A stretch of DNA of 64,000 nt from positions 28,272,001 through 28,336,000 of the forward strand of contig NW_027266270.1 in the NCBI RefSeq assembly GCF_022045235.1, read 5' to 3'. The notes beneath the pieces are model-generated. The model saw nothing but the letters and a program-made list of their open reading frames with translations. It searched no databases and had not been told where the DNA came from. Source of the DNA: Haliotis cracherodii. Its lineage: Eukaryota. Made by a program: the position numbers and the translations under genes. Of the stretch, positions 12,801 to 24,903 are shown piece after piece; positions within the stretch are counted from its first letter, which is position 1, and every line of letters begins with the position of its first letter.

Positions 12801-15800
12801 TACTATCTTGCAAAGAAGTGAATAGTAGCACAATTAAAAAATATTTTGTGGGTTGAATCAAATATTGAACAGTGGCTTGATCCCTCATGTAAACATGGTA
12901 AATATACACAGAATGTATTTTACGATTTATGTTCATTCTCAACCTAGTATATCATTGTATATACTTATATCATGTTGTATTGATACTTGTGTTGGTGAAT
13001 CTTTACACCCCTAGAAGTGAGATATTCCGAAGCTTTACCTTAGAATCTGCAACCTATATTTTTGTAATAGATAGCTGCAATAAGTCCTTGGACAGCACCA
13101 CTCTCACAAATCATGAGGATGAGATATTCTGCAAGTCGTGTTACGGGAAGAAATTTGGTCCTCGGGGATATGGCTTCGCAGGAGGTAGTTCCGGCCTCAG
13201 TATGGACACCGGCAGAGCAGGGGAGGTAACTCAGGAGTAAGTTGGAAATTGTTAATCAGTACCAGTTGGTAGAAAGCAGATAAGTGAAACCTCTTGTGAA
13301 ATGATGAGTAGAGATTATCCCCCACTATTTTCAGCATGTTGTCAGCGATCTTCCTGGGACGTACTCAATGTCTGGGCAAGGCTGCCAGGAAATTAGTTAT
13401 TGAAAGTGCATTCCAAACTGAATTTCTGATAATTTGCATTTATCACTAATTTTATACTTTAAAAAACCTACAGGGACCTATTGTCTACAACGCAAGTGAC
13501 ATCTTTAGTATGTTTGACAGAGAAAACTAACTGTTTGCCTAGAATGATTTCCTAAGATTAGAAATTGTTAAATATTGATCATTCCATTGCAAATATGACA
13601 GTATAAGTTACTCACTCACACAGCATCACTCACGTCAAGCACTCACTCACTCACACAGCATCACAAACTCACTAACAGCATCACTCACGTCACTCACTCA
13701 CACAGCATCACTCACGTCACTCACATAGCATCACTCACGTCAAGCACTCACTCATTCACACAGCATCACACACTCACTAACACAGCATCACTCACGTCAC
13801 TCACTCACACAGCATCACTCACGTCACTCACATACCATCACTCACGTCAAGCACTCTCACACAGCATCACTCACTCACATCACACAGCATCACACACTCA
13901 CTCACACAGCATCACACACTTACTCACTCACACAACATCACTCACGTCACATCACTCACTCGCACAGCATCACTCACGTCACTCACACAGCATCACTCAC
14001 GTCACTCACACAGCATCACTCACTCACATCACACAGCATCACTCACGTCACATTACTCACTCACACAGCATCACTCACGTCACTCACACAGCATCACTCA
14101 CGTCACATTACTCACTCACACAGCATCACACACTCACTAACACAGCATCACTCACGTCACTCACTCACACAGCATCACTCACGTCACTCACATACCATCA
14201 CTCACGTCAAGCACTCACTCACACAGCATCACACACTCACTCACTCACACAACATCAATCACGTCACATCACTCACTCGCACAGCATCACACACTCACTC
14301 ACTCACACAACATCACTCACGTCACATCACTCACTCGCACATCATCACTCACGTCACTCACACAGCATCACTCACTCACATCACACAGCATCACTCACGT
14401 CACATCACTCACGTCACATTACTCACTCACACAGCATCACTCACGTCACTCACAGCATCACTCAGGTCACTCACACAGCATCACTCACGTCAAGCACTCA
14501 CTCACACAGCATCACTCACGTCAAGCACTCACTCACACAGCATCACACACTCACATGGCCTCAAGTGACATCCAGAGCATAGAGCTCGCTAACCCTGGCT
14601 GCCGTAGCTAGAGCTAGTAGGAATACTGTCTTCTGACTCAAGTGCTGAAAAGAGGCCTTGTCGAGTGGATAAATATATAAAATATACATAAAACTCTGAC
14701 AATGCCATGTCATTTTAGTGAGTGGAGGCTGATAGATTTACATGAACTGTACTTGGGTATTGCAAATTTTGTTGTCATGTAATTTTCTCTCATTTCAGTA
14801 ATGTTTCCTCCCTAGCTAAGGCCCAAGCTGTATCCATGGCAACTAATGGTGATGGTCCTAGGGTAGGTGGCGCTGATGCCTGTCCCCGCTGCAACAAACC
14901 AGTGTATTTTGCAGAGGAGAGGCGTGCACTGGGGAAGAAGTATCACAAGCTCTGTCTGTGTTGTAGTAAGTGTCTGAGGCATTGACATGCTGGATGGAAG
15001 CTTTTTTCGTGTGTTTAATGCCGCACTCAGCAATATTCCAGCTATGTGACAGCGGTCTGAAAATAAGTCTGGGCCAGATAGTCCAGTGATTTGCATCATG
15101 AGCTTCAATCCACTCATTTGATATGGAGGACATGCAAAGAGTCACAGAGTCCGTTTTGTTGCCTCATGACAAGCATAGGTTGTCTTACCTGCAATCACTC
15201 ACTCTCACACCATCAGTCACACACTCACATCACACTCACTCTCACATCAGTCACTCACTCTCATACCATCAGTCACTCCCTCACTCACTCTCACACCAAC
15301 AGTCACACACTCACTCTCACACCATCACTCACCCACTCACCCACTCTCACACCATCAGTCACACACTCACTCTCACACCAAAAGTCACACACTCACTGAA
15401 TGGACTTGTTGAGGTCAGTTTGCTCACACTATCGAGCACCAGGTCAGGTTGGTGACAGTACCATTCCTTCTTTGATTTAAAACTATCCCTGATGACTGTG
15501 TTACATTTCAGCGGAGTGCAAGAAGCAGTTGGACAGCACCACCCTCACCAACCACGACAACCACATCTACTGCAAGTCCTGCTACGGCCGACTGTTTGGA
15601 CCCCGGGGCTACGGGTTTGCCCAGGGCGGGGTAGGGTTGTCCATGGACACTGGGAAAGCTGGCGAGATCAGCCGAGAGTAAGTAGTGCAGCTGACTACTG
15701 ACTTCATACAAAGTGGTCATTCCGACAGACCATTTCATATTCTTTAGAGACTTGGGATTTTTGTTACTGACAAAATATTGATACAATAAGCTCTGTGTTT

Positions 15801-17558
15801 TCTTCATTTCACCTTTGGAAAGAGTCCTATGTACTAAGCCAGTATTTTCCTTCCAACAGCAATGTGTCGTCCTACAGCAAGGCGCAAGTGATGATGGACA
15901 GCAAGGGAGATAATGGTGGTGGTAACAAGTTTGGTGGAGCTGACGCCTGTCCCCGATGCGGGAAGACTGTCTACTTCGCTGAGAAAATTGTTGGGGGAGG
16001 ACGGGTAGGATGCTTGTATAACTTTCTTACATGTCTGCCATGGCATGGAGATTGGGTTCTTGATGTTTGTAACTGCATGTGATAACTAAAGACAAAACCA
16101 TTGAAGATCTAGTTAGAGATATAGATATAAGTCTTCAGCAACCCATGCTTGCCGTAAACAATGGTAAAAGGCGACTATACTTGCCGACTAACGGGATCAG
16201 GTGGTCAGGCTGGCTGACTTGGTTGATGCATGTCATCGTATCGATGCTCATGATATCAATCATTGGATTTTCTGGACCAGAATCAATTATTTACTGGCCA
16301 CTGACATACAGCTGGAATATTGCTGAATGCGGCATTAAACAACAAACAAACAAACAAAGTAAATGGTGACATTCCAACCATCTCATTGTTGTGTTGGGGG
16401 CACGGGTGGCCCAGTCGGCGAAGGCGTTGCGATTCGCTGTGCAGAGTTGCGTCCCTTGGGAACACCAGATACCTATGATTGTGGGTTCGAATCCCAATTC
16501 GCCCCGATTATGTTTCTTGGTTTGTCAGCACCATACCCGTGCTCGTGGGTTTCACCGAAGTGGTAAACGTCTGAGACCTGCATCACTTCAAACTTTCCTC
16601 CCACATTAAGCTGACACACCGTGATATAACTGTAATACTGTTAAAAGTGGCGTTAAGCCCAACTCACTCACTCACTCATTGTTGTGTTGCAGTCGTGGCA
16701 TAAGATGTGTTTCCGCTGCGAAGATTGTAACAAGGCCCTGGAGTCCACCACGCTGTGTGAGGCCGGAAACAAGATCGTCTGTAAATGTGAGTTCAGATAC
16801 CAATCATACACAATCTCCACTCTCAGGAAGTTGTTCATCGATGTATATATGACCTCATATTGTTCATCAATCTATATGACCACCATATTGTTCATCAATC
16901 TATATGACCCTCATTTTGTTCATCAATCTATATGAACCCCATATTGTTCATCAATCTATATGACCACCGTATTGTTCAGCAATCTATATGACCCCAATAT
17001 TGTTCAGCAATCTATATGACCCCTATATTTTTCATCGGTCTATATGACCTCCATTTTCTTCAACATTTATTACTCCTATATTGTTCATCAATCAATATGA
17101 TCCCATACTGTTTATCCATCTATATGACCCCAAACTGTGTTTCCATGTGTATGACCCTGTATTGTTCATCAGTCTATATAACCCTCATGTTGTTTATCCA
17201 TCTATATGAACCCCATACTGTTTATCAACTTTATCATCCCATATTGTTTATCCGTCGATATCCCCTCATTATCTATACACCCATATCACCCATATTGGTG
17301 ATCCATCTATATGCTTCCACAACCCACAACCCAATATCATGTATATTGTCATATTGTTATCGATATTTGTGACATATCACATCGTTTTTCCATTATTCAG
17401 ACGCACGCACGCACACACATGCCCACACACGCTGACACTCACACCATCTCAACACCTTTAACACTCACCCCGTTTCTGTTTCCCTTTCTACAGCCTGCTA
17501 TGGGAAGACCTATGGACCTAAAGGATTTGGATTCGGAGCTCTCAACACCACTACCTAA
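9887..17558 (+). CDS. CSRP: Cysteine- and glycine-rich protein / muscle LIM protein family member with 4 LIM domains (401 aa, 9 coding exons)
   Basis: Exons 9887-9983, 11269-11431, 11884-12026, 13071-13236, 14799-14965, 15512-15677, 15860-16004, 16693-16786, 17494-17558. All introns are GT-AG with compatible phases; total 1206 nt. Four LIM domains ([13 protein letters not shown].., [13 protein letters not shown].., [13 protein letters not shown].., [13 protein letters not shown]..), each followed by the CRP Gly-rich motif (CYxKxFGP[KR]GYGF-like). Ends ...[15 protein letters not shown]. Candidate AATAAA at 19382. Confidence 0.95.
10219..10366 (+). mobile_element. Short tRNA-derived SINE (family A), internally deleted
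   Basis: GGGGCG..GGGTAGCCTAGTGGTTAAAGCG head, GCTGGAATATTGCTAAAAGCGG tail, (ACTC)n end, 8-bp TSD ACAGCCAA (10211-10218, 10367-10374). Confidence 0.85.
13610..14555. repeat. CA-rich compound minisatellite (CACAGCATCACTCACGT-type units) in CSRP intron
   Basis: Dozens of permuted ACAGCATCAC / TCACGTCAC / ACTC units. Confidence 0.9.
15195..15396. repeat. CA/CT-rich minisatellite (CACTCTCACACCATCAGT-type)
   Basis: Tandem degenerate units inside the CSRP intron. Confidence 0.8.
16397..16674 (+). mobile_element. tRNA-headed SINE (family B), full length
   Basis: GGGGCACGGGTGGCCCAGTCGG head, GGTTCGAATCC B box, body GTTTGTCAGCACCATAC..GGGTTTCACC, (ACTC)n tail, 15-bp TSD CTCATTGTTGTGTTG (16382-16396, 16675-16689). 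Other copies near 17950-18165, 25120-25345, 27155-27380, 29870-30000, 47862-48060(-), 52280-52450(-) and 58190-58320. Confidence 0.85.
16845..17320. repeat. ~26-bp degenerate minisatellite (ATATTGTTCATCAATCTATATGACCC)
   Basis: Many tandem copies in the last CSRP intron, decaying toward the 3' side. Confidence 0.85.
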
Positions 17559-20500
17559 ACTGCTGTGTCTGAACTGCTTCAGCCAGTGTTGTGGAGCTTT
17601 GTATTATTCACGAACAACACCTGTATCTGATAACTGTAATGTGGAACACCTGTATCTGATTACTGTAATATACACAGACATTTTATGATATGTGGAGACA
17701 TGTGCGTTCACTGTTAAGAATATTTACGCTTCACAACTGGCACCAACTAAATGGAGTTTCTGTTTTGTTAAGTTTAACACAATGCATTAATCATCTGCTG
17801 AAAGTAAATTTGCCTAATATAATTCTTCATGTCCATTTTCATAGGTCATGGTAGCCAAAATAATTTGTATGACCAGCGATTACTTAACTTCTAGCAACTT
17901 TTCAAACTTGGTGATGGAAGGGAAGCCAAGTTGTCTGTATGCACCCCAAGTCACTGGGCGGAGTTGTGTCCCTTAGGCGTGACAGGATCTTAAGATTGTG
18001 GGTTAGAATCCTTGTATCGCCCTACTTTTATGATGTTGGGTTCTCAGCACCACAGCCATGCTCATGGGTTGCACTAAAATATTGTATGTCTGTGACCTGA
18101 ATCACACCAAGATATAACCGAACTACTGTTTGAAGCAGTGTTGAACACAACTCACTCACTCACTCCAAGTTGATGAAGCTGTGCAGAGATCATGGAGACA
18201 TATTCCTAATTTTGATTATTTTCTGCAAACAAGTGCCAACACTGGGACTGTGTTCCATTTTTTGGTCTCAGTCACTGAAAGAGAATTTGAACATACCAGT
18301 TCCTAATTTGCAAATTCTGTGAAATTTGGTTCTGAAATAAGATCATCAAAACTACTTTTGCTACACTGGCTTATCATCCAAGCATATCATACATATGGAG
18401 AACAATCTGAAGACTTTGTTATGACCAAGGACTGTCTGTTGTTGAACAAATGTCATTATGTGCTGAAAAACGTGTCATCTGCTTATAATTCACAAAATTA
18501 TGATTTGTTTTTTGTTTTTGTTAATGCTGCACTCAGCAAAATTCCAGTCACGAGACAGTGGCCTGTAAATAATCGTTATTGTGAGCAACTATCCATGCAG
18601 TTGCAATATGGTGCCACAAAATCAACCATGTCACCGAGCCTGACCTCCCGATCCATTTTATCACCTCTCTTGACCAGCATAGGTTGCTTGGGACCAATTC
18701 TAACCCGGCATCCCCACGGGTGTCACGAGTTTGTGATGACCTTGAGTTAAAAAACTTAGTTATAGGTTCCATAAGACACACATTGTACTTGCTAGCAATA
18801 ACTAATTGCTTGTCAGTACTTATCAGTTGTTAATCATGTTATCAAGCCCAGTCGTCATCCAGTGAACCTAGCAAGGTAATGAATATCAGTGATGTCAGTG
18901 TTTCTGATTGGGATTTTGAATTGTTTTGACATGTGTTTACCTTTATTCACAGCCCAAAAATGATCTTAAGACTTGCCTAGCACTAGTGCTATCACTCCAA
19001 GAATATATAACATATATAAAGGTGGTCTCTAGTAACATTTATTTATATGTACCCTTTGACAAACCGTGACTTATATCTCAGTTAATCAGTATCACAGGGC
19101 AACTGTAGCTAGTACAAATACTCATGTTATTGTATGGTTTGTAACACTTCATCTGTACAATAATTGCAGTGGTATAAATTATATATACTTGTATGTTGTG
19201 TACTGCCATTCCAATTGTTTAAATAATGTTAGTGTTTTTCCATATAGATGCATTCTAGCTGTCTTTAGGTCTTTCAGATTTATTTTAATGTATATTTTAG
19301 GCACTGGAAATTGCTTGATTCCTTGTGTTGCTTACAAAAAAACAATTCTGTTCCCATTTTAATGTATTTTGGAAGTAAAACAATAAAAGTAGGCAGAGTT
19401 TAATGGTGGTTAATTGTGGAGAAAATAGCCCTTGTCAGTTGAGAATTCCGTTATTTAGAAAATGCCTACATGATTGGCTAATTGTTCATTTTCCTAAAAA
19501 TGTGCCATATTCAAAATTCAAAGCAAGGTCTTGGGTTTCAATTTAGCAGAATTCAGCAAGATTCTACTTCTCTTACTACCCAACTTTGTTATTCAGGCAG
19601 AGTATGTCAACATCCATGTTTTATGATGATGAAATATATATCAATCATCATGATCAATTAAACTATCAGTTAATGTCCTTCACCCTCCTCAGACATCACA
19701 CTTTACTCAAGGTCAAGGTTACGTTATCCTTGCGACATAATACTACACATATTTTGATAGATATTCAGTATTTGTTTAATGGGTATATTGGTGTGTAGAT
19801 TATATTTTAATCAAGCCAGTTATTCCAAGACAATTTACCCTGACATAATATTCAATATTATTTAGAATTAGATTAAGTGTTTGATGTTTTTTGTGTGAGA
19901 TATTTCAGAGTAATTTCGTCCACCTGTATCTTGAGTGTTTGATGGTGCTTCAGTTCTTGTTGAATATATCGTGGTTGTTTTCTAGTCGCTTCTTGTTCAT
20001 GCTTTTCTTTATGTTGGACCTGTTTTAATATGTGCTTGCGTATTTTGCCATTGTTTGATTAATCCCATTATCACATCTTTTACTAATACGACACCTCTCT
20101 ACTTAAATATATGAGGACGCCTCCATGGCAGAGGTACACTGAGTGATGCATGGGTTCATGAGCCAACCAGATGTCAGCATTCTAAAACAATTCAGATTTA
20201 TTTCTTTACCATCTCAATTCGGAAATTTTGATCTTAGCAAAGAAAATTGTCACAGAACACAAATGTACCCTTAATACATGTGGTGCACTCTCTCTGGTGC
20301 TCAGAAATGACAAGATGTATAAAATATCTTCATCAATGAAATAACACAGCTTCAGATGTTTGCATTCAGAACTCACCAGTTATATTTGTTTTCAAGATAC
20401 ATAAATCACCTGTAGTTGTCTGAATACTTTGCTCACTCATACCGAGAATATAGAAGCCTTGATGCTGATTGGCAGATCAGAAAGTTCGACCTGCTATGGA

Positions 20501-23500
20501 GGTGTCCTTGATCTTCACACAGAGGTAACATATCAGAGTAAAAGATCTTGTATATGATGATGATGATGATGATACCCTGTTATCTGGAGGTATCACAACA
20601 TGTCTGCCTAAAGTATCGAAACATATCGCACCTCCTCAGTCAAGATATGCTATGTATCCTGATGATATATTTGTGCCATTTTTCCATGTGGCTCTGTTAA
20701 CGCCAAGTTGTGTTATCAAACAGTTTGTGTTAAGGTATTAAGCAGTCAAATATAGAGTTATGATTATTGTAAGGTAAAGTATTGCTAGACTGGTATTTAT
20801 CATTTGCAGCATGTTCACAGAATTGAAGCATGAATTTATACAAAATTAAAACATGAATTTATACATGGATAGATGTATCGTGTATTGTATCTTCAGGGGA
20901 AAAGTCACTATGAATCACTACTTTTGTGTCACTACTGTCATCATGTATACATGGATATATGTATGATTTAGAACCCCAGCAAAACAACATTAAGATTGTC
21001 CAAGATTGGGATTTTTTAAAGTTGTTATTTTCTTAGATTCAGATGACTTGGCATTGCAATAAATGCAATAATGTCAAAATGAGGATTAAACCTTTTCTCT
21101 TTATGCTGATGATCTGGGATCTGATGTTTGCCTGTTGAGAACATTCTGATAATTCCATAATATGAGTACAAGAGGTGTTGAGTGAGGTCCTAGCACATGA
21201 TTTCTGGGTATTTTTTTTATATGGAAAGAAAGTTTTGTGCAAACAGCATATGATGATAAAGAAATGTAGTTATTTGTTTTAGGGGCCCAGGTGACTCAAA
21301 GCCTCTAATTGCATTTTTTTAAATGATTACATATGGAAATTAATTCTAAGTGGTACCAAGTTATGAATAGCAGTATTCATTTTTACACATGCATACAAAT
21401 TTTCTTTATCCGTTTTTCAATGTTTGTGCATATAGGATGAAAGATTTTGCGTCCAGCAAATCACTGTATTGTGCATTTGTCATTTTGTTCATCTGTTAAA
21501 AAGATGAAGGAACTAAAAAAGTATTTGCAGAGAATTTTTCTCCATGATCTGATTCTGATTTACTTTGATGCAAAATTCTCAGTAAAACTGATTTTGTTGC
21601 AGTTATATAACATTCAGCTCTTGAAATACAGTTGGAAGGAATGAAAGGACCAATGACTGCTGTAGGTGACATGGAGATGAGTTTTGTCTGTGCTGGTAAA
21701 GCCTATTGATATTATATAGCTTGAATGGATGCTGTCATCTTGCCAAAACATGAAAGCAACATTAATAGTTTCATTTCTTGAAAACAAATAAATTTATTGA
21801 ACCAGTCGGGACAGTAGACATGGTAAATGTGTCAACAATATTTGTACAGTCAACATGTAAAGAGAAGACAAATAAGAATGATTTCATTTCACAAAGTCAA
21901 ATGGTGATCACCTGATAAAGGAAATATGATATCTACTTCCAATTGTTAAAATAGCAATAAAACATTGGAAGTGCTTTCACACAAATGAGAATTATTTAGT
22001 TTCAGACTGAAATCAAAAGTTGTGTTTATGAATATTTTGAAAACCTAAGACCATTGATACTTTTACCATTCACGTTTACTTGGCCATTCCATGCTGTTGA
22101 ATAAAAAATCTTTGTTCACTTGTTAATTTATGCATCAATCTTCCCATTTTCCATGTATTTTGAATGAGATGTTATGATCTCAGGTCCTTGATAGTCATTT
22201 AGAAGTTGGTGGGGTCATAGAAACACAGGCTATACACTGTACTTCTCAAAAGAAGTTAAGGACCACCTGATTCTCTATAAAATAATGATGGAACTGGAAG
22301 TTCTTCAACTTTGTTTGAGTAGTACATATGGATTTCAAATTCTCTATTCTGGTCTGTCTCCCTCATGTAACTAGAGTGCATTTCTTGATGTGTATTCTTC
22401 AGTTGACGAAGGGGCCAGAAGGTAGCTGCTACATGTTGAATACAGAATTTGAAAAATTCATATCTTGTGTTGCGGTAATCAACACTTTCCATAAACTCAT
22501 GTGATTGAATTTAGCCTTTGAAGGCTGCTTTCACACAGATTATTGCTCTGAAAGTATTTGATTAGAACGAAGAATGCAGACTTTGAATTAGGTGTATGGA
22601 CATTTTGACATTCAACCAATATTTAATTTAATATTTGCAGTGTTGTACAAATTTGTTTTTTCTTTGATTATTGAAGGTTCTTGGGATCATTTCTTTGATA
22701 TGTTGTATGTTAAGATTACAACCATAGAAGGAAGGTCAACATACCTTCTATTATGATATGTTTTTTCAGTTGTCTTGTATGTTAAGAAAGAGGAATGTGA
22801 TAGTGAGGAAAAAGTGACAATAATTGTCCAGTAACTAACAATGCAGGATAATAGTGTTGTAATTGTATCATGTTCCTGCTAATTGAATTTCATGGTATTT
22901 TTATCAAACATGAAAAACTGTAGTTCTAGCATGATATAAGCAAATAATGTTTACTTTCATTTACATAATTAGAGATTGGAGCTTTGATTTTGATACCTAT
23001 CTTTGTCAAGAGGTGTTAATTTGAACTTAAATAGTTTTAATGAGATTTGGACTTAAATAGATTTTAATGAGATTCAGCAATAGTTGGTTAGCCCTTGAAA
23101 AATCTTCATACAATTTAATTCTTACATTGCCTTTATTTGTCACATTTGACAGCAATTATCAGAGGAGTAGATAATACGTTCCTTTAGGTCTTAACACCGG
23201 GATATGACTGGAATACTGCATACTGTTGAAATTAGTGTTAACCCAACTCACTCGCTCTTTTAGTCTCAGTTGATTGACAAGTCAGCATCCTGACATCACA
23301 CAGGTGATTGATTACAGTTGCGATACCTAGAATAGAAACAATCTCCCATCTCGCTTTTCTGCACCTCTTTTGTGCATAGGTGTGAACCGGGACCTTTACT
23401 GGTATTAATTTCTACATTTGTCCATAATGGCTTGCTTGTGGTACCAAGCATCGGTGTGACATTGTCTTGCACACTTTGCCTTCCACAGTCTTTCATGGAA

Positions 23501-24903
23501 CTGTTGTCAGGGTTGTGATTGCTTCTATGTATTTTTCATAGCCAGTTTAAATAGTCACAGAGGGCATCTCTTAATAAATTTATGGATTATATTTTTTGTG
23601 GGTTTATATTCAATCCATAAATGTGGTGCTTTGTTGAAAAGTAATCCCATCCTTTATTCTCATTTATGTCAGTAGTCAATAATAGGGAAATTTTCGGATT
23701 AGGAAAAAATGTTTAAGATTATGAAAAGACAGTTGATGCAAGTTTGAATTATAATGATTGTGATTTGGAACTTTTAATAAAAGTAATTCTTTCATTTTTC
23801 TTTCGTTTGTTTATAGAACTGCTACCATCTGATTCCAGATCAGAAACAATAACTGGTACAGGTTTTCAAAAACAAAATGACAACACCTTAAAATCACCAC
23901 CACAATAACTAGAGTTTTCTTGTGGTATGACACAGAGCACTTGCCAAACTGCTCTGTGTTTAACGAATTAAGAATTAACTGTAAGGTTTTATAGAAGAAC
24001 TACAATGCATTGTATATAGTCTCTGGCCACTGTACAAATTCTGTACAGAGGGCAAAACTTCTCTGACAGAGGTATGGAAAATACGTAACATCCTCCGCTT
24101 TTTACGGATTCAGTTTGCTATGTTTGCACATTAGTACGACTCACTTGAGCTAGCCTGTGAGTAAAAATTTGTGAACAATAAAAATGGTAAAGAGGTGTTG
24201 CCTAATCCTAAAATGTATTTCTTACTTTTCAAATTTGACATATGTTGACAGATATGAAAGTATGCTTCTTTTCATTTTTAGAATATTGGAACAGTAAAAC
24301 AACAACTTCTTTCAGTAGAAGTAGGTGTGATGAAGAAAGACAAGTTCTATGGATGAACAACTTCTTTATTAAAATTAGTGCGACATTTTGGTGTAGATGC
24401 TAACATCTTTATCAAAACAGCAGTTATGCAAAGCAGCCACACTACCTCCATTCTGAATGTAAAACTTGTAAACCTAACTGATGTGTTTTGTTTTTGAAAT
24501 GTCATTTGATTTTTGAAGAATTGGTTTAGATTATTTGGCATTTCTGTGAAGTCAATCTTTTTTACAGATTGTGTATGATCATTCAGGTAGTTGCCATGGA
24601 TACAAACGTTTTCATTATTGATTAGATATGTTAGTCATTGTGGAATGAACCTCAGGTACACGTAGTGTACTGTTTATGTTACTCCGGGGACCAGAGAAAT
24701 AGTTCGACACATCCGACTCGATATTAATAACATCTACCCTAGCTATCAGACAACAGAAAGCAAACATACCAAATTGTGCATGTTATTTAAGTAACATTTC
24801 AATAATATCACAGGATTATCTTGACGTCATATGACTTATGTAATGAGGGTAAGTGTTAATTTATTTTAACTCTTGGGACTATAAATTAATTCAAGACAAA
24901 ACC

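Noticed and set aside
15091-15455. His/Thr/Ser-rich ORFs
   Set aside because: Translation of an intronic CA-rich minisatellite.
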